Part shown: in pieces, positions 18,394 to 28,626 of the stretch
Numbering within the stretch: position 1 is the first letter of the stretch
How the letters are laid out: each line of letters starts with the position of its first letter
Sequence record: DRR723986_6745
DNA length: 64,000 bases
Reading direction: 5' to 3' (one strand)
The notes under the pieces: generated by a model
Databases searched by the model: none
The model's input: the letters and a program-made list of their open reading frames with translations, nothing else
What the model was told of the DNA's origin: nothing
Translations under genes and position numbers: made by a program

Positions 18394-18760
18394 AGATTGA
18401 AAAATTTGAAAATTGAAAGATTGAAAAATGTACTGATCAGTTTTCAGAGGTCAGTCTCAGTTTTCAGTTCGAGAGGAGAGAGGATTTGTTAGTGCGAAAG
18501 CAATCTGTTTTGATTTACGAAATATGAATTACGATTTACGGGATTTCCGAGGAGTTGAGCTAATCTTGAATAGTTAGTCTCGTGCCTATTACCATGCAGT
18601 CTTCAGGCTGCGAAGTTTTGAAATTGAAATACGAAGTCAGAAGACTTCATAACAGAAGATCCAAGCCCGTCTGAGATCGGACAGATCTGAAGACTTGAAC
18701 CAACCTGTTTCTCAAATCTTATGTCTAAGGTCTTGCTACTTGATACTGGTGTCTTGCTAC
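18394..18760. repeat. Patchwork of degenerate 7/8-nt tandem arrays between purL and tetR
   Basis: GATTGAAAAATTTGAAAATTGAAAGATTGAAAA; TCAGTTTTCAGAGGTCAGTCTCAGTTTTCAG; GATTTACGAAATATGAATTACGATTTACG; TCTTGCTACTTGATACT. Confidence 0.65.
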
Positions 18761-18870
18761 CAATTCCTCTCCACTGAAAATTCCAAAATCCAGAGGATAT
18801 GTCCGCTTTCGCGCGCTTTTCTGAATTGTACTTTTATTATTGCCAAATATTGTTCGTTTTTGATACGGCA

Positions 18871-18896
18871 GAAACTTTCAAGTAGATGAAAGTTTC
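18871..18896. promoter_or_regulatory. Putative TetR operator overlapping the efflux-operon promoter
   Basis: Perfect inverted repeat GAAACTTTCA-N6-TGAAAGTTTC directly before a TAGTTTTG -7 box (18899-18906). Confidence 0.75.
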
Positions 18897-18934
18897 CGTA
18901 GTTTTGCGCCCGGATTACAAGTTGATTCAAGTAA

Positions 18935-19534
18935 ATGAGAGAGAAGATTTTAGAAATAGCAAGTGAGCAATTTAGCCAGTATGGTGTAAGAGCCATTACC
19001 ATGGAGGATATTGCGCGCTTGGCTGGAATATCCAAGAAAACAATCTACCAAGAATTCAAAGATAAAAAGGAGCTAGTGATGGAGACTTTTTCTTTGGCGC
19101 TAAAGGAAGATCAAGAATCATTAAACAAGATTTTGGAACAAGAAGATGGGGTGATTGAACATTTAATGTTTACCTCCAGAATGGTTCGTGAGCGCCTTGC
19201 TACCTTGAACCCTATGGTGTTGCTCGAAATTCAAAAGTATTTTCCTGAGGTGTGGGAAATGTTTAATGAGTTCAAACAGAATGTTATTGTGACAGATATC
19301 GTCAATGTGATAGAGAAAGGCAAGACTCTTGGCTATTTTCGCCCTGAAATAAACGCTAAAGTCTTGGCAAATATGCGCGTTGATCAAATTACGGCTGCTA
19401 TGAACCCTACCAATTACAATAGAAATGATTATAGCTTATTATCTCTGCATGTGGAGATGCTAGATCATTTTTTACATGGTATCTTTACCGAAAAAGGCAG
19501 GCAATCATATTTGCAACATCAGAATTCAGTTTAA
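18935..19534 (+). CDS. TetR/AcrR-family regulator
   Basis: N-terminal HTH ITMEDIARLAGISKKTIYQEFKDK. Confidence 0.95.
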   Translation: MREKILEIASEQFSQYGVRAITMEDIARLAGISKKTIYQEFKDKKELVMETFSLALKEDQESLNKILEQEDGVIEHLMFTSRMVRERLATLNPMVLLEIQKYFPEVWEMFNEFKQNVIVTDIVNVIEKGKTLGYFRPEINAKVLANMRVDQITAAMNPTNYNRNDYSLLSLHVEMLDHFLHGIFTEKGRQSYLQHQNSV

Positions 19535-19600
19535 TACCCTTTCGAAAATCAGCTCATTCACCTAATAAAATAGAGTACAGATCCCTTTTAGAACTATATC

Positions 19601-20983
19601 ATGTTTAAATCAAAGCTTTATTTACTAACGATTCTAGCCTTTAGCATTTTCAAGTTGGATGCAAATGCTCAAGAGGTTCAGCCTTTGGAGACACTGCAGC
19701 TCAACCTCAAGGAGACGCTGCAATATGCTTTAGAGAATAATGTAGATGCCAAGAATGCCAAGCTGGAAGTGATGGTGTCTCAGACTACAATTAAGGAGGA
19801 GACGGCGGCTGGATTACCCCAGATAAACGGAACTGTAGGGATAAATTATAACCCATTGGTGCAGGTGGTATTCCTGCCAAATGAGCCACCTTTCGGTGAT
19901 CCTACCAATCCTTCTGATGTAATACCTGCACGATTTGGAGTAAACTATTCAGCAAATGCAGGAGTTAATTTGACTCAAATGATATTTGATGGGTCTTTTT
20001 TCGTTGGCTTAAGAGCTGCAAAAACCTACAAAGCATTGACTGAATTTGACAAGGTAAAGGTGGAGAACGATGTCATTGAAAATGTGAAAAAAGCATACTT
20101 CGGGGTTTTGGTCAATGCAGAACGAATTAAGCTTTCGCAGGCGAATCTAACTAGAATTGATTCACTTCTGGAAGAAACAAAAGCACTGAATCAGGCTGGA
20201 TTCACAGAAAAAGTTGACGTTTCCAGGATTCAGGTTCAACGAAACAATACCTTTTCCCAATTAAAGCGAAGCATCACTGCCTATGATATTTCTAAGCAAC
20301 TTTTGAAAATCCAGCTTGGGCTTCCGAAAAATTACGACATCGTTATCACTGAAACCTTAGCTGAGCTTAATCCTGAAGAAGACATAGCCGCTCTTCAAAC
20401 TATGGAAGGAATGCACAGAGTGGAAATGGATCAGTTGGAAACCAATCTAGAATTGGCCCAGCTGGATCTTAAGTATAATACATCTCAATACATGCCGACG
20501 CTGGATCTCAGTGCTAATTTCAATAGATCAGGTGCAGGGGATTCATTCAATACACTTTTCAAATCGATAAATTGGTTCAGTTCTTCGATGATAGGGGTGT
20601 CGATGAACATTCCGATTTTTGACGGATTATCTAAAAGCGCGAGAATTCAGCGTAATAGAATTCAACTGCAGCAGCTAGAAAACCAAAGATTCTATTTGGG
20701 ACAGAATATTCAATTAGAGATTTATCAAGCAAAGCAAAATCTAGCGAATGATTTGGAAGTATTGGCTGTACAAAAAGAAAGTATGGCACTAGCTCAAGAA
20801 GTCTACGACATTTCCAAAATCAAATATAATGAAGGTGTAGGCTCCAACTTAGAAGTAGTAGAAGCTGATGCGGCATTAATAGAATCAGAAATCAATTACC
20901 TCGGTGCTCTTTACGATGGCCTAATTTCCAAAGTTGACTTGGAAAAGGCGCTGGGGATTTTAAAAGAAGGAATCATTGACTAA
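19601..20983 (+). CDS. TolC-family outer membrane efflux protein
   Basis: Signal peptide, two OEP repeats (LPQING..., MPTLDLSA..., NIPIFDG, KYNEGVGSNLEV). Confidence 0.92.
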   Translation: MFKSKLYLLTILAFSIFKLDANAQEVQPLETLQLNLKETLQYALENNVDAKNAKLEVMVSQTTIKEETAAGLPQINGTVGINYNPLVQVVFLPNEPPFGDPTNPSDVIPARFGVNYSANAGVNLTQMIFDGSFFVGLRAAKTYKALTEFDKVKVENDVIENVKKAYFGVLVNAERIKLSQANLTRIDSLLEETKALNQAGFTEKVDVSRIQVQRNNTFSQLKRSITAYDISKQLLKIQLGLPKNYDIVITETLAELNPEEDIAALQTMEGMHRVEMDQLETNLELAQLDLKYNTSQYMPTLDLSANFNRSGAGDSFNTLFKSINWFSSSMIGVSMNIPIFDGLSKSARIQRNRIQLQQLENQRFYLGQNIQLEIYQAKQNLANDLEVLAVQKESMALAQEVYDISKIKYNEGVGSNLEVVEADAALIESEINYLGALYDGLISKVDLEKALGILKEGIID

Positions 20984-21039
20984 ACCGACCTTCTCTTTCT
21001 AGCAAGAGAATCATTCAATCACGACAATATCACTATATC

Positions 21040-22173
21040 ATGAACGCAACATATAAATTTTTACCCTTGATCGCACTTGCTTTGGTTGGCATTTCCTGTG
21101 CTTCTGAAGACGGAGTAGAGGCTAAAAAAGCTGAATTGGAAAAGCTTAAGACGGAGTCAAACGAGATAACCAATCAAATTAAGGAGTTGGAAGCGGAGTT
21201 GATTCAGCTTGATCCTGAGTTTGCGAAAGCAAATCATAAATCGATTCTGATCACTACAGCTCAGGCTAAGAAGGGAAGGTTTGAGCATTACGTAGAAGTT
21301 ACCGGGTCGGTGCTTTCCAAAAAGAACGTAAGCATCAGTGCAGAGACCTCCGGTAGAATTCTGGAAGTACCGGCGATGGAAGGGATGAGAGTGGCGAAAG
21401 GCGAAGTCTTGGCAAGAATCGACTCAGAATCCATTCAGAGATCAATCGATGAGTTGGAGAACACCTTAGACCTTGCTACCACGCTGTTTGAAAAGCAAGA
21501 TCGACTTTGGAAGCAGCAGATCGGAACTGAAGTTCAGTATTTGGAAGCTAAAAACAGAAAAGAAGGACTCGAGAGAAACTTGGCTTCTTTGAAAACTGAA
21601 TTGTCTAAGTCGGTAATTCGTGCGCCTTTCTCTGGTACTATAGAAACTGTACAAGTGAGGTTGGGAGAATTGGTTCAGCCTGGTGCTCCGATGTTTCAAT
21701 TTGTGGGTGAAAGTGATTTATTTATTGAGGCAGATATTTCAGAGTCCTATGTGGGAGTTTTGGCTAAAGGAGACTCAGTGGATGTGAACTTTCCATCGAT
21801 CAATAAAGATATTCAGACCAAGGTGTCTGCTGTAGGTGCGATCATCAACCCAAATAACAGAACATTCAAAGTGGAGGTTTATCTCCCGAATATGCCGATG
21901 GTGAAGCCAAATATGATTTCTGTTTTGAAAATCCAGGATTATGAAAATAATAACGCAGTGACTGTACCAAGTTATTTGATTCTGAGTGACAACAAGGGCG
22001 ATTACATCTTTGTGGTAGAAGAAGGGATTGCGAAGAAAAAATATGTAGAGAGAGGAAAGACTTTTGATAAGGATACTGAAATCCTAGCAGGTTTAGAAGG
22101 CAATGAAGTGCTTGTAGATAAAGGCTTCAGAGAAGTAGGAGATAATTTCAATGTGAATATAGCTCAGTTGTAA
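21040..22173 (+). CDS. RND efflux periplasmic adaptor (MFP), lipoprotein
   Basis: Lipobox GISC, lipoyl halves (EG.RV.KG..LARID; IRAPFSG). Confidence 0.92.
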   Translation: MNATYKFLPLIALALVGISCASEDGVEAKKAELEKLKTESNEITNQIKELEAELIQLDPEFAKANHKSILITTAQAKKGRFEHYVEVTGSVLSKKNVSISAETSGRILEVPAMEGMRVAKGEVLARIDSESIQRSIDELENTLDLATTLFEKQDRLWKQQIGTEVQYLEAKNRKEGLERNLASLKTELSKSVIRAPFSGTIETVQVRLGELVQPGAPMFQFVGESDLFIEADISESYVGVLAKGDSVDVNFPSINKDIQTKVSAVGAIINPNNRTFKVEVYLPNMPMVKPNMISVLKIQDYENNNAVTVPSYLILSDNKGDYIFVVEEGIAKKKYVERGKTFDKDTEILAGLEGNEVLVDKGFREVGDNFNVNIAQL

Positions 22174-22177
22174 AAAG

Positions 22178-25100
22178 ATGTCGGAAAATCAAAAACCAAT
22201 AAAAACACGAGAGTTTGGGTTATCCAGTTTATCTGTAGATAACTCCACCTCAGTGGTGATCCTTACACTGATAATTTCTTTTCTTGGCTTAAGTGCTTAT
22301 CGCAATATGCCAAAGGAGAGTTTTCCGGAGATTGTAATACCCACAGTCTATGTGGGCACACCTTATCCTGGGAATTCCCCAGTGGATATGGAAAATCTAA
22401 TCACCAGACCGATTGAAAAGGAGCTCAAATCTATCAACGACGTAAAGGATATCACTTCCACATCAGTTCAGGACTTTTCCTCTATAGTAGTAGAGTTCAA
22501 TCCAGGTGTGGAAATTTCTAAGGCGATACAGGATGTAAAGGATGCTGTAGATAAATCAAAGAGCGAATTACCTACAGACTTGGATCAAGATCCAAATGTA
22601 TTGGAGATCAATACCTCCGATTTCCCGATCATGAATGTGAATATTTCGGGTAATTACTCAGAAGCAGAATTGAAGAAATTTGGGGAATATCTAGAGGATG
22701 AGATTGAGAAACTTGCAGAAATATCCAAGGCCGACTTAGCTGGGACTGTAGAGCGTGAGATTCAAATCAACGCCGATCCCTATAAAATGGAATCAGTTGG
22801 GGTGAGTTTTGGTGATATTTCCTCTGCGATTCAGTCAGAAAATGTAACGATCTCAGGAGGAAATATTCGTGCTGGAGATTTTCAACGCACCCTACGTGTA
22901 GATGGTGAATTTACAGATCCTATGGATTTGTTGGATATTATCGTCAAAACTGATAATCAGAAGATCGTTTATCTACGGGATATAGCAGAGGTAAAAGATA
23001 CTTATAAAGAGAGAACGACTTATGCCAGAAGCAAGAATCTACCGGTAGTCACGATCAACGTGGTGAAACGTAGTGGAGAGAACTTGTTGAATGCTGCAGA
23101 TAAAATCAAGGAGATAATAGATGAAACTAAAGCAAATAGGTTTCCTCCGGATCTCGAAATTACTATTACAAACGATCAGTCTAAAGCGACCAGACTTCAA
23201 GTTTCTGATTTGGAAAACTCCATCATTTTTGGGGTGATTCTAGTGGTGTTGGTATTGATGTTTTTCCTAGGTTTCAGGAACGCACTTTTTGTAGGTATCG
23301 CGATCCCACTTTCCATGTTTATTTCATTCTTGGTGCTGAATGCATTTGGGATTACACTTAACCTCATGGTGCTTTTCTCTTTGATTCTTGCACTGGGTAT
23401 GCTGGTGGATAATGGTATTGTGGTGGTAGAGAATATCTATCGATTGATGTCCGAAGGAAAGAGCGCTGTGCAAGCAGCAAAAGAAGGTGTGGGAGAAGTA
23501 GCCTGGCCGATTATTACCTCTACTGCTACTACGCTGGCTGCATTCCTTCCACTGGCTTTTTGGCAGGATACGGTAGGGGAGTTTATGAAGTTCCTTCCTA
23601 TTACCTTGATTATCGTATTATCATCTTCCCTTTTTGTAGCGCTGGTTATAAATCCAGTGTTGACCGCGCTATATATGAAAGTTGAGGATGTGACAAAAGA
23701 TAAGCCGAAGCAAAAATCCATCATTGTAGCAGGGGTTTTATTGGTTTTCTCTGCACTGTTTTATCTGATAGGTTGGACAGCTTTCGGTTCTTTGATGCTC
23801 ATTGGTTCCTTGCTGACTGTCTTCAATGTCTTTCTGCTTAGAAAGGCAATCCGATGGTTTCAGACAGTGTTTTTGGTTAAGTTGGAAAACATGTATGAGT
23901 CTATATTGACTTATGCGCTCAATGGTAAAAAGCCTTACGGGTTCTTAGGCGGAACCGTCTTATTACTAGTATTATCCCTGATGTTGCTTGTAGTTAGAGC
24001 TCCTGAGGTACTCTTTTTTCCAGATAACCAGCCGCAGCTGATCAATGTCTTTGTGGAATTTCCAATCGGAACGGATATAGAAGCCACAAATGACTTTGTG
24101 GACGAAATGGAAGACGAACTAATGGTCGCGCTAGCAGATTATGAGGATATTTTGGAGTCTGTTATTTCCCAGGTTGGCGAAGGTACAGGCGATCCAATTG
24201 AGGGGCCGAGCAATCAGCCAACTCCGCACAAAGCCAAGATCACCATAGGATTTGTTGATTACATCGACAGACAAGGCGTAAATACGAATGGTGCTATGGA
24301 AGTGATTCGTGACTTGGCTGTGAAATATCCGGGTGTTTTGGTGACTGTAGATAAGCAGAGAAATGGACCTCCAGTAGGAAAAGCTATCAATTTGGAGTTT
24401 GCTGGAGAAGACTATGATCAGTTGATTGCTTTTGTCAACAAAACAAGAGAATACCTAAACGATCAAAATATTCCAGGTGTTGAAGAATTGAAGTCTGATT
24501 TGTCACTTGGCAACCCAGAAGTTATTTTGGATATAGATCGTGAAAAAGCTAGGAGATTTGGGCTTTCCACATCCCAAATAGCAACTGACCTTAGGACTGC
24601 GCTTTTTGGTTTGGAAGTTTCCAAATACAAAGAAGGAGAGGATGATTATCCTATTCAGCTGAGGTTAAAAGAAGGTTTTAGATACGATATCAATACCCTG
24701 GTCAATAAGAAGATTGGCTTTAGAGATAAGTTTGGTGAGAAACGAGAAGTGCCTATATCAGCTGTAGCTGAAGTGAAATATGGTTCTACCTATGGATCGG
24801 TAAAAAGAAAAGATCTAGAGAAAGCCATAACGATTTATTCCAATGTGCTCGATGGCTACAATGCCACTGTGGTGAATTCACAGATTCAAGCAGCTCTTCA
24901 AAACCACGAAGTGCCTGATGGAATTTCAGTAAAGTACACTGGTGAGCAGGAAGAGCAGCAGAAATCAATGGAGTTCTTAATGGGCGCCTTGGGAATTGCT
25001 GTTTCATTGATTTTCTTAATCATAGTGGCGCAGTTTAATTCCGTTACCACTCCATTTATTATCATGGCTTCGGTTGTTTTGAGTACCATTGGGGTGTTTT

Positions 25101-25582
25101 TGGGCCTAGTGATTTTCAATATGGATTTCGTTGTGATCATGACAGGTATCGGGATTATTTCCTTGGCCGGTGTGGTAGTAAACAATGCGATCGTGTTGAT
25201 TGACTACACCAACTTGGTGCGTGAGCGAAAAAGAGACGAGCTTGGTATGGGGCCAAAAGAGCATTTGCCTTTCCCACTGATGATAGCAAGTATTGTGGAA
25301 TCTGGTAAAACCAGACTACGTCCAGTGTTGTTGACAGCGATCACAACGGTATTAGGATTGATTCCTTTAGCGATTGGTATGAACATTAATTTCGGGACTT
25401 TGCTTAGCTCATTTGACCCACAGTTTTATGTGGGAGGGGATAACGCAGCTTTCTGGGGGCCGATGGCTTGGACGGTAATATTTGGGTTAACCTTTGCGAC
25501 CTTCCTTACGTTAGTCATCGTACCAGTCATGTATTTGTTGGCAGATAAACTCAACATGAGAATCAGCAAACTTAAATCTTGA
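22178..25582 (+). CDS. RND efflux permease (AcrB/AcrD/AcrF family)
   Basis: GMLVDNGIVVVENI, GVVVNNAIVLID, RLRPVLLTA motifs; 1134 aa. Confidence 0.95.
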   Translation: MSENQKPIKTREFGLSSLSVDNSTSVVILTLIISFLGLSAYRNMPKESFPEIVIPTVYVGTPYPGNSPVDMENLITRPIEKELKSINDVKDITSTSVQDFSSIVVEFNPGVEISKAIQDVKDAVDKSKSELPTDLDQDPNVLEINTSDFPIMNVNISGNYSEAELKKFGEYLEDEIEKLAEISKADLAGTVEREIQINADPYKMESVGVSFGDISSAIQSENVTISGGNIRAGDFQRTLRVDGEFTDPMDLLDIIVKTDNQKIVYLRDIAEVKDTYKERTTYARSKNLPVVTINVVKRSGENLLNAADKIKEIIDETKANRFPPDLEITITNDQSKATRLQVSDLENSIIFGVILVVLVLMFFLGFRNALFVGIAIPLSMFISFLVLNAFGITLNLMVLFSLILALGMLVDNGIVVVENIYRLMSEGKSAVQAAKEGVGEVAWPIITSTATTLAAFLPLAFWQDTVGEFMKFLPITLIIVLSSSLFVALVINPVLTALYMKVEDVTKDKPKQKSIIVAGVLLVFSALFYLIGWTAFGSLMLIGSLLTVFNVFLLRKAIRWFQTVFLVKLENMYESILTYALNGKKPYGFLGGTVLLLVLSLMLLVVRAPEVLFFPDNQPQLINVFVEFPIGTDIEATNDFVDEMEDELMVALADYEDILESVISQVGEGTGDPIEGPSNQPTPHKAKITIGFVDYIDRQGVNTNGAMEVIRDLAVKYPGVLVTVDKQRNGPPVGKAINLEFAGEDYDQLIAFVNKTREYLNDQNIPGVEELKSDLSLGNPEVILDIDREKARRFGLSTSQIATDLRTALFGLEVSKYKEGEDDYPIQLRLKEGFRYDINTLVNKKIGFRDKFGEKREVPISAVAEVKYGSTYGSVKRKDLEKAITIYSNVLDGYNATVVNSQIQAALQNHEVPDGISVKYTGEQEEQQKSMEFLMGALGIAVSLIFLIIVAQFNSVTTPFIIMASVVLSTIGVFLGLVIFNMDFVVIMTGIGIISLAGVVVNNAIVLIDYTNLVRERKRDELGMGPKEHLPFPLMIASIVESGKTRLRPVLLTAITTVLGLIPLAIGMNINFGTLLSSFDPQFYVGGDNAAFWGPMAWTVIFGLTFATFLTLVIVPVMYLLADKLNMRISKLKS

Positions 25583-25611
25583 TTGGATTAAGGTTGGTGG
25601 TTTTTTTTGTT

Positions 25612-25644
25612 AAAACCTCCGGGGCTATGTCTCGGAGGTTTTTT
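25612..25644 (+). terminator. Intrinsic terminator of the RND operon
   Basis: AAAACCTCCGGGGC-TAT-GTCTCGGAGGTTTTTT. Confidence 0.8.
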
Positions 25645-25709
25645 ATGTTTTGAGGGATATATTTTTTCCCTTTCAAGCATGGAATTTGTAAGTTCGCCAT
25701 CCCAAATAG

Positions 25710-26222
25710 TTGAATGAAGAGATGGAAGAACTAAAGTGGTATGTGATGTACACAACTTCACGATCTGAAAAGAAAGTAGCAGATAGATTGAAGGAAAGAG
25801 GCTTTGAAGTCTATTTGCCGATGATTGAGGAGCTGCGGCAATGGTCGGACCGTAAGAAGAAAGTGCAAAGAGCCATGTTCAATGGGTATGTTTTCGTTAA
25901 AACGAAACGAAACCAACTTTGGGAATGTCTACAGGTTCCTGGAGCAGTTAAATTTGTTCATTTTTCCGGGAATCATGCCACTGTACGAGAAGAAGATCTG
26001 GATATTATTAAGCGGGTTATAGAAACTGGTGTAGGCGTTGAATCTGACGGGTCTAGTATTGATCCAGGAGAAAAAGTACTAGTCATCGGCGGGCCTCTTC
26101 AGAATATGACTGGAGAAGTTATTGAGAAAGGGAATAAGGATTACTTCCTGATTAGAATTCCTGGTATTTACCAAAATCTGCTAATTTCCCTTCCTCGGAA
26201 ATTTTTGGAGGTGACTTCCTAA
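25710..26222 (+). CDS. UpxY-family (NusG paralogue) transcription antiterminator
   Basis: WYVMYT..RSEKKV...YLP....RQWSDRKKKV...FNGYVFV NGN domain plus KOW (GEKV.VIGGPL..MTGEV). The start may be ATG 25722. Confidence 0.92.
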   Translation: MNEEMEELKWYVMYTTSRSEKKVADRLKERGFEVYLPMIEELRQWSDRKKKVQRAMFNGYVFVKTKRNQLWECLQVPGAVKFVHFSGNHATVREEDLDIIKRVIETGVGVESDGSSIDPGEKVLVIGGPLQNMTGEVIEKGNKDYFLIRIPGIYQNLLISLPRKFLEVTS

Positions 26223-26228
26223 ACAAAC

Positions 26229-26265
26229 GAAAGCCCGTTCTTCAGAGATGAACGGGCTTTCTTTT
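26229..26265. terminator. Bidirectional terminator
   Basis: GAAAGCCCGTTC-ttcagagat-GAACGGGCTTTCTTTT between convergent genes. Confidence 0.85.
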
Positions 26266-26286
26266 CAATGTGTCTTGTATGGTTTT

Positions 26287-26991
26287 TTAATCCTTAAACT
26301 GGGAGAAGAAATATCTTCTATAAACGATTTGTCCCTGTGCCAGATGGTCTCCAAATCTATTGAAACCTACATTTCCATCTAGGTTGTCGGTGAAAGTTGC
26401 TAGCAAGGTCCCTTCCAAAGCAATGTCTGAATACGGCCCAAGCGTATAGCTCACTCCGCCTCTGACTGGTACATAACCTGTGGTGATTTTTTCATTGGTC
26501 GGTATTTCATCTTCACTAAAAGATTTAGTTTGATCTGTGTTTGCATGCATTACTCCAAGGCCAAGGCCAATGTAGAAATTAAACATGCTTCTGTTCATAT
26601 GATTTCCAAAAGGGACAACATACATACTTGGCATAATGTCAAAATAATAAACAGATCCTACTGCGGTAAATGCTGAATTGTTCGCGGCCCATATATCGGT
26701 TACAGCTTTGTTAGGGTCACCTCCACTAGAGATCCATTGTAAGCCACCGGTTGCCCTTACCTCAAATCGGTCATTTAGCCTTTTGGTCAATGAAGCAGAA
26801 ATTGAAGGCTTTATTTCAAAATTTATAGCTCGGTATTGTCCACCATTATCCATATAAGCGAAAGAAGGACCAACCCCAATGCTCAGAATATTGTCTCTCG
26901 AATTTTTCTCTTTATAAAAGCTCTGGGCCGGTAAATTTATACTGGCAAAAAGAAATATAACTAGTGCGGAAAGCTTGAAAAGAGTTGACAT
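26287..26991 (-). CDS. Outer-membrane beta-barrel protein (DUF6089-like)
   Basis: Signal peptide, alternating amphipathic strands, FYIGLGLG and TFTDNLDG motifs. Confidence 0.65.
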   Translation of the reverse strand: MSTLFKLSALVIFLFASINLPAQSFYKEKNSRDNILSIGVGPSFAYMDNGGQYRAINFEIKPSISASLTKRLNDRFEVRATGGLQWISSGGDPNKAVTDIWAANNSAFTAVGSVYYFDIMPSMYVVPFGNHMNRSMFNFYIGLGLGVMHANTDQTKSFSEDEIPTNEKITTGYVPVRGGVSYTLGPYSDIALEGTLLATFTDNLDGNVGFNRFGDHLAQGQIVYRRYFFSQFKD

Positions 26992-27128
26992 AATAGAGAT
27001 TCCTAAATAAGTGAAATGACCTTAGCGTAGGACTTGATTGCAAATTTGGCAACAAATATGCCAATACCCTGCATGGAATTATATTTAAAACAGATAAAAG
27101 CGGAAAAAAGTATATTTTAAATAAAAAT

Positions 27129-27317
27129 TTAAGCGCCTTCAAAGGCTTTTTTGATGTCCTCCTCTGTGGTTTTTAGCTTAGTTCTGCAGGATTTCACGAG
27201 CTCAGCCGCTTCTTTTACTAGTGCAGAAAGTTCGTCAACACTTTTCTTTCCTTCTTCTAGCTCCGCCAATATTGTCTCCAATCGGCTCATAGCTTCATTG
27301 TACTTTAGTTCACTCAT
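27129..27317 (-). CDS. xseB: Exodeoxyribonuclease VII small subunit
   Basis: YNEAMSRLETIL.ELE.G...VDEL...VKEA.EL...C..KL; overlaps the xseA stop. Confidence 0.93.
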   Translation of the reverse strand: MSELKYNEAMSRLETILAELEEGKKSVDELSALVKEAAELVKSCRTKLKTTEEDIKKAFEGA

Positions 27318-28624
27318 TTTTCCTCAATTTGTGTAATTGTGCTGCTGATTTTATACTTGGACGTATGGGTTTGCAAATTATCCCCAAGCTGGATTTTTGC
27401 AGTATTAATGGGCTTTCCATAGATTTCTGAGCGCGTGTATCCTCTGGCTAATATGGAGGCTGGATCCAATTGGCGAAGCAAAGATTCCTTGGAGTCTAGG
27501 TTTTGCTTTTCCTTTTTCAAAAAAGTATCCAATCCCCGAATCATGTTTTTCTCAAATGAAGCCAAGTTGTTTTCCTGAAGCTGAAGTATGTTTCTTCCAG
27601 AAATTCGGATGCGAGTAATCGAAGAATTTAACTTCTCTGCTTCAAGTTTCAGTCGGCTTTCCGCCAAAGCCTTTATCTGATGAGAGGTTTGATGGATTCT
27701 GTTTTGCTCTTCGGCAAGTTTTTGTCGCGTTGCCCGATCCAGACGAAGCATTGCCAATCCAAGATTCTCTTCAAATTCCCGAAAGCCTGAAAGTAAAAAC
27801 TCGGCCACTGCTGTTGGAGTCTTGAGTTTAGTGTGTGCCACCAAATCTGCAATGCTTTCATCCCGCTCATGCCCGATTCCAGTTAAGACCGGTAGCGGGA
27901 AATTTGCAATTTTGGCAGCAAGCCTATAATCATCAAAGCAATCCAAATCCAATTGTGCACCACCACCCCGTATTATTACGACGGCTTCTATTCCCAGCTC
28001 TTCTTTTAACCCATCTATTTCATCCAAGCTTCTGGTCAAAGAGACCACCGCTTCATTTCCTTGCATTGCTGAAGGAAATAGCTTGTGATACACTTGGTAA
28101 CCGTAGGCATTATTTTCCAATTGATTAACAAAGTCACCGTAACCAGCCGCGGTCGGACTACTGATAATCGCGATTCTCTGGATAACAGCAGGTAGAATAT
28201 GCCTCCCATTTAGACGAAGCAAACCTTCCTGGGAAAGTCTATCGATGGTTTCTTGGCGGATTCTAGCTCTTTCACCCAAGGAAAAGGAGGGGTCGATATC
28301 CTTTACATTGATGCTCAGTCCATAGACAGGATGGAAGTTCACTGCTACTTGAGCTAGTACTTTCATGCCGTTTTTGATGCTGGATCCTGTAATAGATTCA
28401 AATCTTGCTGCTACGGCTCTATAGGCAAAAGACCAAAGGTTTGCTTTGATCTTCGCTTGTACGGTATTTCCCTGCTTTTCTACTAATTCAAAATAGGCAT
28501 GCCCTTGCGGAGCCTGGCGAAAATCTGCGATTTCACCGATCACCCAAATCACCGGATCCAATTCCGTCTCCAAGGCCAATTGTATCAGCCTGTTGAGTTC
28601 AGATATCGATCTGGCATTTTGCAT
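27314..28624 (-). CDS. xseA: Exodeoxyribonuclease VII large subunit
   Basis: WV.GEI, GHAYF.L, IIRGGG, VLTGIGHE.D...D.VA....KTPTAVAE, LARGY. Confidence 0.96.
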   Translation of the reverse strand: MQNARSISELNRLIQLALETELDPVIWVIGEIADFRQAPQGHAYFELVEKQGNTVQAKIKANLWSFAYRAVAARFESITGSSIKNGMKVLAQVAVNFHPVYGLSINVKDIDPSFSLGERARIRQETIDRLSQEGLLRLNGRHILPAVIQRIAIISSPTAAGYGDFVNQLENNAYGYQVYHKLFPSAMQGNEAVVSLTRSLDEIDGLKEELGIEAVVIIRGGGAQLDLDCFDDYRLAAKIANFPLPVLTGIGHERDESIADLVAHTKLKTPTAVAEFLLSGFREFEENLGLAMLRLDRATRQKLAEEQNRIHQTSHQIKALAESRLKLEAEKLNSSITRIRISGRNILQLQENNLASFEKNMIRGLDTFLKKEKQNLDSKESLLRQLDPASILARGYTRSEIYGKPINTAKIQLGDNLQTHTSKYKISSTITQIEEK

Positions 28625-28626
28625 TC

